Below, piece by piece: positions 46,858 through 59,083 of a stretch of 64,000 nucleotides of DNA. The number at the start of each line of letters is the position of its first letter. Position 1 is the first letter of the stretch. The position numbers and the translations under genes are program-made. The notes under the pieces were generated by a model. That model was given only the letters and a program-made list of their open reading frames with translations. It was not told where the DNA came from and did not search any database. The DNA is taken from positions 1 to 64,000 of IMG/VR virus record IMGVR_UViG_3300045125_000168; one strand, 5' to 3'.

Positions 46858-47253
46858 CTAAAAATTGCCGAATACAGGCGATCCTTTCCTGGTGCTATGA
46901 TAATAAATCACGCACTGCTGCGGGATGTTAAATTCCACGGTGCCGCGAGATCCCCAGACCCAAGAGGCGATCTTGAAATCCAAAAAATCGTACACCCACT
47001 CATAGACGGCCAGACCGATCGGCCAGGGCACGGGTTCGGGCTTTCTTGGACGATAAATCAGGATATCAACCCCTGAGATTTCTGGCGGGGGTGACTCTAA
47101 TAATGCACCGTGAGCATCGTAGAAATAAAAGGCATCGACCTCGCCTCCGCCTTTTTTCCCGTGATACTCAAGAACGAGTCTACTGATATTCGCTCGCTGC
47201 AAAAGCTCTAAGATGCGCTCTTTATTAAAAACAAAATGCTGACGACTACTCAA
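46858..47253 (-). CDS. Hypothetical protein (DUF6878-like pattern)
   Basis: LVLEYHGKKGGGEVD...W...SRGTVEFNI. Confidence 0.4.
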   Translation of the reverse strand: MSSRQHFVFNKERILELLQRANISRLVLEYHGKKGGGEVDAFYFYDAHGALLESPPPEISGVDILIYRPRKPEPVPWPIGLAVYEWVYDFLDFKIASWVWGSRGTVEFNIPQQCVIYYHSTRKGSPVFGNF

Positions 47254-48238
47254 CTTTAGACTGGCTCACAAATAAATCGAGAACTGCCTCTGCCCGTTTC
47301 AAATCATTTGGAGCGATTCGCAAAAGACGTTCATTTATTTTCGTTGTTATCAAAATTCTTTGCACTTCTTCGTGCAAATATTCTTTGAGACTATCGATTA
47401 CTTTAGAGAGGTCTTCCTGAGTCAAACCAGCTTTGGGTTTTGACTCCGATTTTGATGTCTTCTCTTCAGATTTTTCGTTTTCTCTTCAAAAAGGCGCATG
47501 TCATCGGCGACGTCAAATCCCAAATTTTTTAGCTTCTCAAACGACCTCGCCTCTAAACCTAGAAAGTAGTATTTGCCTTTTCCGACATTTTTCAGGATGC
47601 CTCTTTTCACGAAATTATTAAATGTCGCGGCACAACTGGAAGGTTCCCACTCTTTACCCGTCAGACTTTTAACTTTCTCTCGGAAAGCTCCGGTCGAAAA
47701 AACCTCACTCTTTTGAAAAAACGAGCCAGAATGAACGTGCATTTTGTAGCTGTTTGGATATTTTCATCCGCGAGCAGGTCGAGGCTATCGCCGAACGCCA
47801 TTTTGACAAATTCCTTTTCGATATTTTTTGAGAGCCCGACAAAATGGGGAGAGTTTTTTCTTTATAGATTCGCTTTATTTCTTCGACGAATTTCTTTCGA
47901 GGCTCTTTCTCTGAGGGCACTTCTACAACAAGCAGGCAATCCGATATCGGGGAAATTGCCCGTGCTGAAAGCGTCTCCCACCAAGACTTTTACTTCAGAG
48001 ACACCGTGGCTTTTTAAAAAAGCGAACCAAGGGCCACAAGTCGGGTGCAGTTTGACCGCTCTTAGAGCGGTCGTTATCGAGCCGATAATCACTACCGTTG
48101 AAAACATGAAGTCCTCGCTTATGGGGCCAGCCCGAAGTATCACACAAGGACTCGTCCTCGCAAGACATTTTTTGCCAGTAAAAACAATACTTTGTGATAT
48201 TTTTATAGAAATTTTTAGAAGTTTGAAATACAGGGTCT

Positions 48239-48607
48239 TCAAAAATAAAGGCGATTAAATCGGGAAAAAGGGAGTCCAGTCGGTGTCCTCGGAGAAAAGC
48301 CGTAAGAACTCCCCGAGCCTTCAAAAGCATGGGTGCAATTGGCAGGTATCACTAGCAAGTCGCCCGGACCAACGGTGACGGAAATCCCCTCAAAATGAAA
48401 TGTAGGCGGGTCTTTTTCCGAAGCCGCTAGACATAACCGCAACTCCTGATCAGTATGGTAATGCCAACGGGCAAACGTCTTTCGCATCTCCGCACTTGCC
48501 TGACTGGTGTCCACACGGTCGTAGCGTGTGCAGGCATGAACTTGCAGCATCTCGTCAATGCTGTTCAAGAATGCTTGAGGGTCCACTTTGAAATGCGAGA
48601 AAACCAC
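48239..48607 (-). CDS. Cupin-domain protein (may continue by frameshift toward 47700)
   Basis: WHYHTDQE...VGPGDLLVIPANCTHAF cupin motifs. Confidence 0.7.
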   Translation of the reverse strand: MVFSHFKVDPQAFLNSIDEMLQVHACTRYDRVDTSQASAEMRKTFARWHYHTDQELRLCLAASEKDPPTFHFEGISVTVGPGDLLVIPANCTHAFEGSGSSYGFSPRTPTGLPFSRFNRLYF

Positions 48608-48972
48608 TATGGCTCCTTGCGGTCAATCGCATCCATCTCAGTCCGAAGATCATCAATATCCATGCCGTCGTCATACCACATCTTGAGGTATGCATGTTGG
48701 TACTTTTTCACATGCTCTACGATCATTTTCAGTTCAGATGAGTTAAGAAAAACGTCTCCCACAACACGAAAATCTCGCAGCATGATCGAAAAGTTTGGCC
48801 CTGTTTCAGGGCTACCTTTGAACACCTTGATGCGTTCCGCGTGAGGGTGACGTTTATCCCCAGGCTGAAGGACATTGAACTTTATGCCCTGAGGTAAAGG
48901 CAAGCGATATACCCGCTGCGGCACGTTTGCCATGGCATGAACTAGGTTATCAATTTGTGGCAAAAAACTCAT
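48607..48972 (-). CDS. Leader-tagged DUF4160-like protein
   Basis: MSFLPQIDNLVHA-MAN; RHPHAERIKV...ELKMIVEHVKKYQHAYLKMW; pattern similar to 32916..33274. Confidence 0.55.
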   Translation of the reverse strand: MSFLPQIDNLVHAMANVPQRVYRLPLPQGIKFNVLQPGDKRHPHAERIKVFKGSPETGPNFSIMLRDFRVVGDVFLNSSELKMIVEHVKKYQHAYLKMWYDDGMDIDDLRTEMDAIDRKEP

Positions 48973-49000
48973 GGGTTATGACTCACCCCCAACCAACGTT

Positions 49001-49027
49001 ATATCGGCAAAAACGAAGAAAAACATA
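49001..49027 (-). promoter_or_regulatory. sigma28/FliA-like promoter
   Basis: TATG-N15-GCCGATAT, 28 nt before ATG 48972. Confidence 0.5.
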
Positions 49028-49111
49028 ACACCATTTTTTTCAAATCAAATTGATATGTTATCGGTGAGACCCCCGCCCTGAAAATCGGGGATTTACGGCG
49101 CGTTCGCCAAA

Positions 49112-49351
49112 TCAATCCAAAATCTGCAAAACCGTGCGTTTTTTCTCTTTACCTGCAATCGCGTAGACGATGGTGCGGATCGCGTCTGCCGTGCGTCCTT
49201 GTCTGCCGATGACTTTCCCTACATCATCTGGGTCCACGGTGACCTCGATGATTTTTGACATCTCCCCATCGACTTCGTTCACATGCACTGCGTCTGGGTT
49301 ATCCACAAGCCGCTTAATAATCATAAGAACCAACTCGGATACTCCGCTCAT
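49112..49351 (-). CDS. khpA: KH-domain RNA-binding protein KhpA (YlqC/UPF0109)
   Basis: LVDNPDAV...VDPDDVGKVIGRQGRTADAIRTIV, single KH domain with GxxG loop, 79 aa. Confidence 0.92.
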   Translation of the reverse strand: MSGVSELVLMIIKRLVDNPDAVHVNEVDGEMSKIIEVTVDPDDVGKVIGRQGRTADAIRTIVYAIAGKEKKRTVLQILD

Positions 49352-50426
49352 GTGAACCTCTCTGGGCTAAAAAGAGTTTTTAAGTCTGGCGGGTCAGGGT
49401 GATGCACCGTTGTCGGATTAGCATCTGGTTCTAGCTGCTCTACGGCTTTCAACTGATCTTGGTACTGAGAAAGTATGTCTGGGCTTCGCGGCTGAAAGGC
49501 GATCAAAATGAGAAGATCCTCTTCTGCCACACCGATTTTCCCCTCATTCAGAATGGTTTGCCACCCTCTTTTCCCGATGTTTGCTAAATAATCTAGGTAG
49601 CGCAAGTAGAGGGCGCGTCCGAGCTTTTTGTCGTCCATCCACTTCTTAATAACCACTGTTAATTTCTTTAAATGTTCTCTAGTTCCCAATGCTTTGTTAC
49701 AATTTGATGTAAATTCTCGTTTAGAAATTTTGCCCACTTGATACGTCAACGCGAGGTTGAGGATGACCTGCTTTAGATGAGAATCATCAAATTGCCTGAG
49801 CACCTCAGAAAGGACTTGCCTGAAAGTCTGAGACTTCCAGTCGATATCAATTTCTGGCTCTTGCACTTTTGCCACGTCCTGTGTGGACGAGGATAAAGAT
49901 CTCGGTAGTCCTTAGGCAGACCCTCAGCAAACATTTCGGTAAAAGCCTCGATCTCGCTGACGCGACTTTCACGCGGGCAAAAGCGTTTCATACGCCCTAT
50001 CAAGTCTTTGCCTTGAGCCGACAAAGGCGAAAGGTTTTCGAGATCCGTCGCAAAGCGTTCCATTTTGATTTTGGCCGTTTGCCATGCTCCACCTGCTTGG
50101 TGGTCGCAGTCGAGCCATTCAATCAACGGGTCTTCAAAAGGTACCATGACGCCTGGGAAATCAAACAGCAAAACCTTGAAACGCTCGCAGTCAGGATATT
50201 CGCGCAAAAATTGCTGGAGGACTGTCAAATTGCCTGCAAGCAAAATAAGCGTCTTGCTACAGGAAAATGCTTGCTTAACCGTGGGGTCCAAGTTTTTGCG
50301 AAAGTTTGACCCACCCCAATCGTGTGAGATGTACACCGCATGGTAAGTGGACGGTACAAGCATTTTGATAAGAAGAGGACTGTGGAAAGACAGACCAAAG
50401 ATTTCGACAGTTGGATTACTTGGCAC
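49348..50426 (-). CDS. Hypothetical protein, one frameshift at about 49870
   Basis: ORFs 49773..50426 and 49348..49875 are coupled between sbcC and khpA. Confidence 0.5.
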
Positions 50427-52837
50427 AGGCTTCTCCTACTGACAACTTGCGGTGATACCAAGGATAGGGCGTCAACTTCGTTTTTCGTTCTCTGCGCTCC
50501 GCCAACCAGAGGTGATCTAAATGGCCTGAATTTTTCAGACCCTTCAAATGGCTGACAATCACGATGGAACGGTCAGGGAATGTCTCCTTCAGCTTTGGTA
50601 TAGCCACATCGGTAAAGGCTTTCATCCCCGCTTCATCGAGGTTTGCTTCGATCTCATCTAAAAATAAAAGGTTCGTTTTTTAGTCGGGGGAATCAACTCC
50701 AACTGTGCAAACAGAAGCACACGAGCCGCTCGGTTGCGTTCACCCGCACTCAACAAGGCTACAGGATACGGATCTTCTTTCTTGAGATTAGTCGGTGTGA
50801 CAAAAAGATTCAAGTCGTCAAGGTCTTCGCTGAGGGACCACTGGTAGGGTTCTTGGAAAAGATTTGCGACCAGTAGTTGGCTCGCTCCACCAAAAGGCGA
50901 CATCTCTGCTTTAGCTCGTAGAGCTTAAAGCCCGAGGGGGAGTAAAAGTCAGCAGCGACTTCTAGCTTGCGGCTGAGTTTTTCAATGCCTCGTAAGGCTC
51001 GACCCGTTTTTTCAAATCCTCACGGGACTCCAGAAGCTCCCGCCTTTGCTTAAGCTGAAAAGTGTAGGTTCCGCGAATCTGTGCGGTTTCCTCAATCTTG
51101 GCTTTAAGCTCGGGTAGGATTTCCGCCTGCAACTCTTGAAGCCTTGCTTCCAGTTCTCTCAGAGGGGGAAGAGCCATCACAAGATCTATCAGGCGTTTCA
51201 ACTCAGCGGCCTCTTTCAAGGCCAAAGCTCGCTCTTTCACCGATTGGCTCAGGGCTTGAACTGCGACCTCAAACTTCTCTTCTAAAAGCCCTGGATAACC
51301 TAGAGCCCTGGCCTCTGCCTCAAGCTCTTTGTCGCGAGTGAGCCATTCTTGATTCTCGTCGGTTCTCTTACGATAAAGGTTCCAGGCGAGACTTTCTTTT
51401 TCCAAAGTCTCCAACTCGCTCTTCTACCTGCGGTAGAGTCAGACCAAAGACAGGAAATTCGTCGAGACGCTTTTTCTGAAAGGCAATCTCTTGCTCTTTC
51501 TTCGCATGGTCTTTGAGTGTCACGGAAAGAGCGTTCAGTCGCAACATCTCGGCTTTGAGAGCCGCAATTTTTCGCTTTTGCCTTTTCAGGACTTTCTGTT
51601 TTGATCTGTTCTGGGAGATCTTGACCGCAGGTCGGACACTCGCCTTTGCCATGGGTCTTTTCTAAAATCGAGAGCGATGCTCCCACTCGACGCGATCACC
51701 TTGCAGCTTGAGCCGCTCGGACTCAACACTTTCGACCGTGACCCCTTCAGGAAGTTCGGGGAGCTTTCCTAACAAGTCGCGGAGCGTTTGCTTGACCGCC
51801 ATTTTTTCATTCATCTGGGCAAGCAGGTGCTTTTTCTCGGCAAGGCTTTGCGGGGTCGGTTCTAGGAAATCCGGTTTTTCCGGCAGGTTTTTCGGTTGTC
51901 TGCTTTTGTGCGGAGTAAGCTGACGAGTGACAAAAAGGCGCAGCTTATGTTGTTGGTCTACTTTTCCACGCAACTCCTGAAGCTGACTCTCTTCGAGCTT
52001 TTGCTTGTCCTCTTCTTTTAAAAGATCGAAGTCCTCATACTTGACCAGGAGCTTATGGTACTCCGACCAAGTGCCCACTTGGTTGCGGAGCTTTCCGCTT
52101 CTTTTGTATAGGTGTCCTGCTGCGACTGAAGGAACTGAGAGATTTCCCGAGAAAACTCCACTTGCCGCTCAAGCCACAAAGACCCTGGCAACTTTTCCAG
52201 GGCCGACTCTACCTCCAAGAGACGCACCTGATCTTGCTCGACTAACCGGATATCCTGTTCGACATCACGGACTTTTTGTTTGTAGTTTTCTAACTGTTGA
52301 AGGTAGTAGGCATCGATATTAAAAAATTCTTCTAAGTACGCTCGCCTTTCGGCAGGCTTTCCCTTAATAAGAGTCCTTAGGGAGTCGCCATCAATCTGGA
52401 CAAAGTACGACCACTCCTCCCGTGAGATGCCGATCGTTTGCTGCAAAAACCTTGCACGTCGGAACTTTTGTGCGAGATCGCTTCCAGCACGGACCCGTTC
52501 TTTTTAACTTCCCAGTCACCCTCCTTGAGTGAAAAAGACCAAAGGGTTTTGGTGCGCAGGTCTTCAAACTCAAGTGTGCCTTGAAAAGCAGGGGTGACCA
52601 TTTTCTTAAACGGCCCCCGAGCGGTTTTGCCGTAAATAAAACCTTCTAAAAATCTGACCAAGCCGTGTCTTGCCCGTGCCGTTGCTGGGCGTGTTCATCG
52701 GATCGTTGTCGTCCTTAGCCACGGCGTCGTAGTTCGTTCCGCGAAAAAGCGTGAGCCCAGGCGTCCCCAAGGGGGATCGTCGTCTTCTGCTGGTAGAATT
52801 TGTCACCTGAAAAACTAAAACTGATAAACTTAATCAT
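50416..52837 (-). CDS. sbcC: SbcC/Rad50 (gp46-like) ABC ATPase, many frameshifts
   Basis: Walker A SNGTGKT; coiled coil with Zn hook CPTCGQ; signature LSAGE; FLDEIEANLD; IVSH. Confidence 0.9.
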
Positions 52838-53456
52838 AAGTATAATACCCAGGCTTTGCGATCACAAGAAAGGCGCATTTGGAACTTTGGCAGAAGCTCC
52901 CCAAAGAAGATCAAAGATTTTTTTAAAATGATCTTCAGACTCGATTTTTTAACTGTCCCAAACTCGTTTTCAGCAAAAACATCGAATCCCCGTGCCAAAG
53001 CAAGACCCACTTGACGTTTCCACCAACGCGCACCCTCTGCGGTGTGCTTTTGGTCACTGATGACCGCTGAGAACTCCTCGATTAAAAAGAAAAACGTATA
53101 CTGAGGAATGGTCAGTCCTTCGAGACGAATCCCTGCCAGATCGCTTTCTTGATCTTTCCAAAGGTAATTTTCCACGCAGGACGCTCGACCCAAGTGCTCT
53201 TTCCGCTCAAAAATCGACACAAATGCTATCGGTTTTACTGCATTTTCGCGTTCGTCTAAGAGCGCCACTGCTGAATCATAAAGTCTCAGGGTAACTCCTG
53301 GTCGAACCTGCTTGAGCAGGACGCCCTGATTTTGAAAGACATCTGCATACATTTTTCCCGTTTTCCGACACGCTATCGAGATTATGGTCGAAGAAGTCAA
53401 CTGCGGCAAAGCCGTGACGAGTTGATATTTTTCTTTTAGATGCTCAAAAAGGACAT
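52834..53456 (-). CDS. Leader-tagged GNAT-like protein (ATG 53456 overlaps the dnaX stop; needs +1 T)
   Basis: MSFFEHLKEKYQLVTA after correction; ISDQKHTAEGARWWKR resembles the phage GNAT SD-x-x-QT-x-x-G-x-x-hW motif. Confidence 0.5.
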
Positions 53457-54763
53457 CATTCTTCTCGAAGCAAATTGTACCGCTTATGGAACGGACTTCT
53501 TAAGGTGTAGGCATCCGCCTGATGTTCTCGCACTGAGTCAACCATTTTAATAATATAGGTAAGAAGTAGGCGTCGATCATCGTGGGCATAGGTGCCGAGA
53601 TCCGTCACAAGAGCAAGAAACAGCTTCGTTAGCTCAGTCGCAGCTTGGTACGTCAACTTGAGAGGCATAGAGGGCTGGCGGCCCCAATCGACTAATGAAC
53701 CCTTCCAATTACTATAGAATGGATCAAAAAGCTCGCTGTATTTTTCATTAGGGTCAATAAAAAGATACATCGTTTGTAAATGATAATCAAAAGCCTTTTC
53801 AATTAAGGACTTGAGGCTTGTGGACTGAACCCGCAAGAGGTTCAGGGCTTGCGCCAGGGCTTCAGCGTATCTACCTGAATAGACTCCAGAAATAAGAAAT
53901 CTTGCGAAGTCTGCCTCATACCGTAGGGAGTCGGACAGGTCCCCAATGATCGAGGCAAGCCGGTCGGGATTGCACCAATTCCTCGGCCTTTTGCCCACCC
54001 TCGACGGCAGCAATCACCCGGTCCAGGTAAGACAGGGCCCAGCCACAACCGGTAGGCATATTTCGCAATGGATTTATAGATGGTGTAGAGGTGCGTGGTC
54101 TTTTCGCCCTGTGCATCCGTCACTTCCACCGTTTCATTGAGACCTTCAAAAAGGTTTTGCTTGCCCTCTCTTTTCGTGACACGGAAGAGATGTTGCGCAA
54201 GGTCTTCTTCCTTTACCCGCTCAACGGCAAGAGGTAAGCAACGGTTTTTAAGCGTCGGTAAAAGACGCTGGGGGTCGGTGGTTAAAAGGATAAGATAGAC
54301 GCCCTCAGGCGGCTCTTCGGAAGTTTAAGCAAAGCGTTTTGGGCCGCTTTGGTCGCACTTTGGATTTCATCTAGGATAAAGACGCGGGCGTTGCAGTTAC
54401 TCGCATACTCTGCCGCTTGGATGACTGCCCTTACCGCGTCAATCCCCGGTCATCCGAAAAGTTCATCTCGTCGCCAGTCGGGATAGCGTCCACTTGCTAC
54501 CGCTTGGCAATAGCCGCAGGCAAAGCAAGGGATGTTATTTTCGAAGTTGAAATTTTCACAGTTGACGTAATGCGCGAGAATCCGAGCGACAGTGGTTTTA
54601 CCGCAGCCCGTTGCCCCGGTGATAAGCAACGACCCTGGGTAACGTGCCGCTTTTAAAATGACCAGTCAGGGTCTGCACCAAGAGGTCTTGGCCGATAAGC
54701 TCAGGCAAGATCCTCGGACGGTATTTCACTGCGAGAGACTCTCGGCTTTTGATAAGTGCTCAT
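53456..54763 (-). CDS. dnaX: DNA polymerase III gamma/tau-like clamp loader, many frameshifts
   Basis: LAVKYRPR...IGQD; KTTVARILA; NC...PCFAC-x-x-C; GIDAVR; VFILDEIQ; AQNALLK..EPP; TTDPQRLLPTLKNRC. Confidence 0.85.
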
Positions 54764-54824
54764 AGTTGTTCCCAGAAAGCAAAAGCGCCTGCCACGTCCC
54801 GTGTTGCAAGCAATTCCGATAAAC

Positions 54825-55490
54825 TCATGGTTTCTGGGTTAGAGTGTAGCTGACGCCTAGAGCAGATGCCACTGACTTTAATGAGGCTCCGTGAGTTTCG
54901 AGCCGACCTTGATATTGCGCCCAACGCACGAGGGAAAGTGTGTCGAGCGTATAAAAACGGTTGAAGGCGTCGAGGTAGGCTTGCGACTCATTACCTAAAA
55001 CACGCTTGATCCAAGCCACAAATACGCCCAGACAAAAAAGACCCGTTATAACTCGCCAAGGTCCACCGATGGTGGTGACCCTCACTGCTTATAGTCAAAA
55101 GATCTTCTGCTAGTGAGGCTAAGACCGTGCGCGGAGAAAGCCTGGTTTTTGTCTAAAAGCCAATTTAAAGGATCTCGTCTCGCAGGAGGATCGAGCAGAT
55201 ACGTCAAAGCACTGCGCTCGTAAGCGAAGAGGGATTTGTCTTTGATGCTACATACCGCGAGACGCTCAGAACTATCAGGCCGAGACCACGGTTGAAGTGG
55301 TTGACGACAGAATCGAGGAATGATGTCCCCAGGCAAGATCCTCCTCGTGCAGGAGAGGTTGCACCGAGAGATGCCGTGGGCCTTGAGAACACACCTCTCC
55401 TGTGCGAACTTCAGGCCAATAAGAAAGACCCAACACGTTAGTATACTCCGTGTTGAGCCCTGTCGTTTTCCAGGTGAAGCCATAGTGTGC
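54825..55490 (-). CDS. One or two hypothetical proteins between recA and dnaX
   Basis: ORFs 55082..55531 and 54825..55085 with an ATGA-type overlap. Confidence 0.35.
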
Positions 55491-55493
55491 GCA

Positions 55494-56871
55494 CTAAATG
55501 GTGACCTCAGAGGCAGTATCATCCTCATCATCGATAGAAACTCTGCCCTTACTCGCCTTACTGCTCTTGCTCGGCTTGGTGTCGGGATTGTTCTTCAAAT
55601 ACTCATAATAAAGCTCTTGGGCTTTGCCTTGGCGGATTAACTCAAACCCAGCGTTTCGGAGTTTTGTCCCCTGCTCATCACTTAAAATCATAGCTTTGAA
55701 CTTTTGCCAAGTGATGTCACCCTCGAATCCTGAGAGCGAGATGTGCATAGTGTTGCCCATCTTCTCTTGCATGAGACCGCAGTGCTTCAGAAACATGAAG
55801 GTATCGTATACGGGGTCGATGCCCATCCCTGGTGTGCCTGCGGAGTCAAGCCAGAGACGATATTCCATATTGCGGAAGCTCGGACCAAATTTGTTTTTCT
55901 GGATTTTGGCGGTGCCGATGAAATAGCGGTCTTCGCCATGCCCATCGACCGTCTTTTCCGTAATCATCTTGGATTGACTACGCTTGGCTTCGATGCGCAA
56001 TTTGAAGTCGGGATAAAATTGAACGGAAGATCCCCCTGGCTCACTTTCGGGATTCTGAAACATCGCCATGGGGTTGATCGTCAAGTGGTTGGTGACAAGC
56101 CACGCGCAATTTTTGCGTCCGATGTAAGACTTTACCAGCGGGAAATGCGCGGCAAAGCAGCGGGCTTGAATGGCAACAGGCTCTTTCTCGGGCTCTTCAT
56201 CACGCGCTTCGGGGAGCATCGCTTTAAGCGAGTCGGTGATAAAAAGCATCTGGGGAGCGAAGTTTTCCGCTTCGACCACGAGCTTCTTTCAAACCTTCGT
56301 TAATGTGTCTCCAGGTCGGCTTGTACTCATACTCGTTCGCAATCAAGAAGTAGCGGTAGCAGCTTTCTTTATCGTCCCAAAGTTGGATTTTATCGGGCAG
56401 CTTTTTGAGAATGCTGTTCATATACCGAAATGTACTCTCAGCCGTAGTGCCAATGGCATAACGAAGCTGAGGAGTCACTTCCCAGGTGCCCTTTTTATTG
56501 CGGAACCCACACAGTTTATTCAGATCAAGCCCGATATTTTGCAGATAAGTCGGGTCGAATGACGACTCGTGGTCATTAGCTACCACTAAGGTCTGACGGG
56601 CGATCGCTTCTTTAATGGTATGGAAAAGAAACGTGCTCTTACCCGCACCTGTCGGACCTACGAGCGACGACATACGGCCTGGAGCAAAGCCTCCACCCAT
56701 AATGAGGTCTAAGGATAAAAGACCGCTCGAAATCGCTCCATTGACTCGCATGGACGGGTCCATCGTGCTGTAGACAAGCCCTTGGTTGTGGGCGGCATCG
56801 TCCAGAACCTTGTTGATATCCATGATCGACTGCAAACCGTCAAATTGCGTCAAAAGCGCATCTTGCGCCAT
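55494..56871 (-). CDS. recA: RecA/UvsX recombinase, one frameshift at about 56280
   Basis: SSGLLSLDLIMGGGFAPGR; GPTGAGKST; TDSLKAM; LVTNHL; EPGGSSVQFYPDFKLRI. Confidence 0.93.
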
Positions 56872-57095
56872 GGTATGCCCCGTTGTTCTCTCGTGATCTT
56901 AGCTCCGAGCATACCGCGCCAAGGGGTTTGTGCAACGTGGACTATTTCTCGATAGTGCCTCTTAAAGGGATTATCGTAAAATACTACACTGCTTCTTGCG
57001 ATTCCTTGCAAACTTTAGTTTCAACAGAACGCGACAACAAAAATCCATCTGTTGAACTGGTACAGGTATATTTTTCTGCCACTTTTCTGAAGAAA

Positions 57096-58950
57096 CTATA
57101 CATTCACCTTACCCCCAACCTTGCACACGGCTCGAACTTCTTCTTCCGTGAATTTTTTTGAGTTTTCTCCGCACAAAAAGTCTTTACGGACTATCTTGGG
57201 TGCTCCCTCAAGCGACATCAGATTGTTCCAGGTGCAATAAAAACTGCCACCGACTTCCTTAGGAGATCCTTTCAATGATTCTATTTTATTTGTAGTACAA
57301 TCGAATGATTGCCCGACAAATTCTGGTGCTCCCTCAAGAGTTTTGAGATCATTCATTCGGCATTCGAAATAAAGATGAACCTTCTTGGGTCCGGCAACTA
57401 AAGACTGAAGTTTGTTTCCGCTGCAAATAAAAAATCCGTCAATTCTTTCCGGTGCTCCTTGCAGAGACACCAGCGCATTTTGACCGCAATCAAAATGTTG
57501 ACCAACTTTCTTGGGACCACCTTTCAAAGACGTCAGTCTATTGCGAGCACATTTAAAAATGCCGCCCACCTCTCTTGGTCCTCCGTCGAGAGAAAGGAGT
57601 TTGTTGTCACTGCAATAAAAATCACCCGTGACGATATCCGGTGCTCCGACAGAGACGTCAACCCTAGACCCGAAGCGTTCACATTACCCTTCTCGTCTGC
57701 CTGCCATTTGAAGGTGAATACTTCCATCTCAAACGAAGGTATTTTCAAATCGTCTGGAAGAGAAGAATGCTTTTGATCTAGGCTATCCCAAACAGTCACT
57801 TGACCTTGCATATCCTTGAGAAGAGCGATCTTAAACCAGGGGTCTTTCGAGTCTCTGGTCTTTGAGATCAGAAAATAAATATTGTTTTTGCGGCTATACT
57901 CTTGCCAATAATGACTACTTTCATGCTTGATGCACCACTCGGTCCCTTGACCTAACTTAGAAGACGCTTCGTTCGTGGTGATCTGATAAACTGTCCACTC
58001 GTCGTTCGCTGTAATAAAGATTGCTCCAGGAATTTTTTCCCGGAGATCAACCTTGCCTTTTTTCTTCTCCGTTGCGGTCTTGGTCTTTTCTAAGTCCTCC
58101 ACTCTTTCTTGAAACTCTTTAAAAGACCTAGACCCCAAAGGTCGATATTTTTTTCATCGTCTTTGAGCTTGTTGCGATCCCTCAGCTTTTTAAATCGATC
58201 AAGGTAGTCTTGGACCTGAGCTTTCTCAATACCCTGATCTAAGAATTTCTTCTCAACCGTTTTGAAGTCTGATGTGACAACGTATTTCGCGAGAACTTGT
58301 TTGAAAAAGCCGCTACATCGAAAAGCCCTCTTAGCAGGAGATTCTGTATTTTTGCAGCGACCTTCTGCTGGAACGAAGGAAAGTTTTTCAGATACTCCTG
58401 TTCGTCGATCAGGCCCACCTGGACATAATCAAACCCGTGCAGCTTACAGACTTTTTGTGTCGGAAACCCACCCTTAACGATACCAGTACACACCTGTCCG
58501 ACCAACTCGGTGAAAAGAGCCGTGTGCGCCTTAGGGGACACAACTTTCAACTGGCGATTGTAGACACCTAGCTCACCTCCAGATCAAACCTGTGCCCGCG
58601 ACCTTTTTTATAGCCTGCAAGGTGACCTAGAGCGTCATGAACAGCCCTAAAAATATGATTCTCTTCTTCGGTCCAAACCGGATGAGAAGAATGCCCTGTA
58701 TAAACTTTAGGACACGGTTTTGCTGCACGTCTTGCCGCATGTCTTCCATGCTGCGGTAAGGGTCGATCTCCGTGAACTCAAACTGGAACTGACTTTGCAG
58801 ACGTTTGTACATGGTCTTGAGATTGACTATCAAAGCCTTCCAGCTTTCGACATACTCTGCTTCAAACTTCGGTCGAGCGAGGTAAGCCTCAGCGACCTTA
58901 TGGGCGTAAGAGTTGTAATTGGGAAGGACGAGCTTGGCTTCGACGTGCAT
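57096..58950 (-). CDS. Multidomain (polyvalent-type) protein: HD/H-motif domain, W-C (PcfJ-like) domain and leucine-rich repeats; joined across frameshifts
   Basis: MHVEA start; DPYRSMEDMRQDV...HPVW..EENHIFRAVHDALGH...GELGVYNRQ...ALFTELVGQ; ASSKLGQGTEWCI; at least 6 LxSLxG[AS]PxxVG repeats. Confidence 0.65.
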
Positions 58951-58995
58951 ATATCCCCCGTGTGCGACTTGAAAAAATCTTTCACAGGGGGAGTG

Positions 58996-59083
58996 CGGAG
59001 AGAGTGGGATTTGAACCCACGTTACCCTTTTGGGGTAAACTCGCTTTCCAAGCGAGCGCCTTCAGCCACTCGGCCACCTCTCC
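58996..59083 (-). tRNA. trnS-GGA: tRNA-Ser(GGA), CCA not encoded
   Basis: GGAGAGGTGGCCGAGTGGCTGAAGGCG, anticodon arm CTCGC-TTGGAAA-GCGAG, long variable arm, T-arm GTGGGTTCAAATCCCAC, acceptor TCTCTCC-G. Confidence 0.95.
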
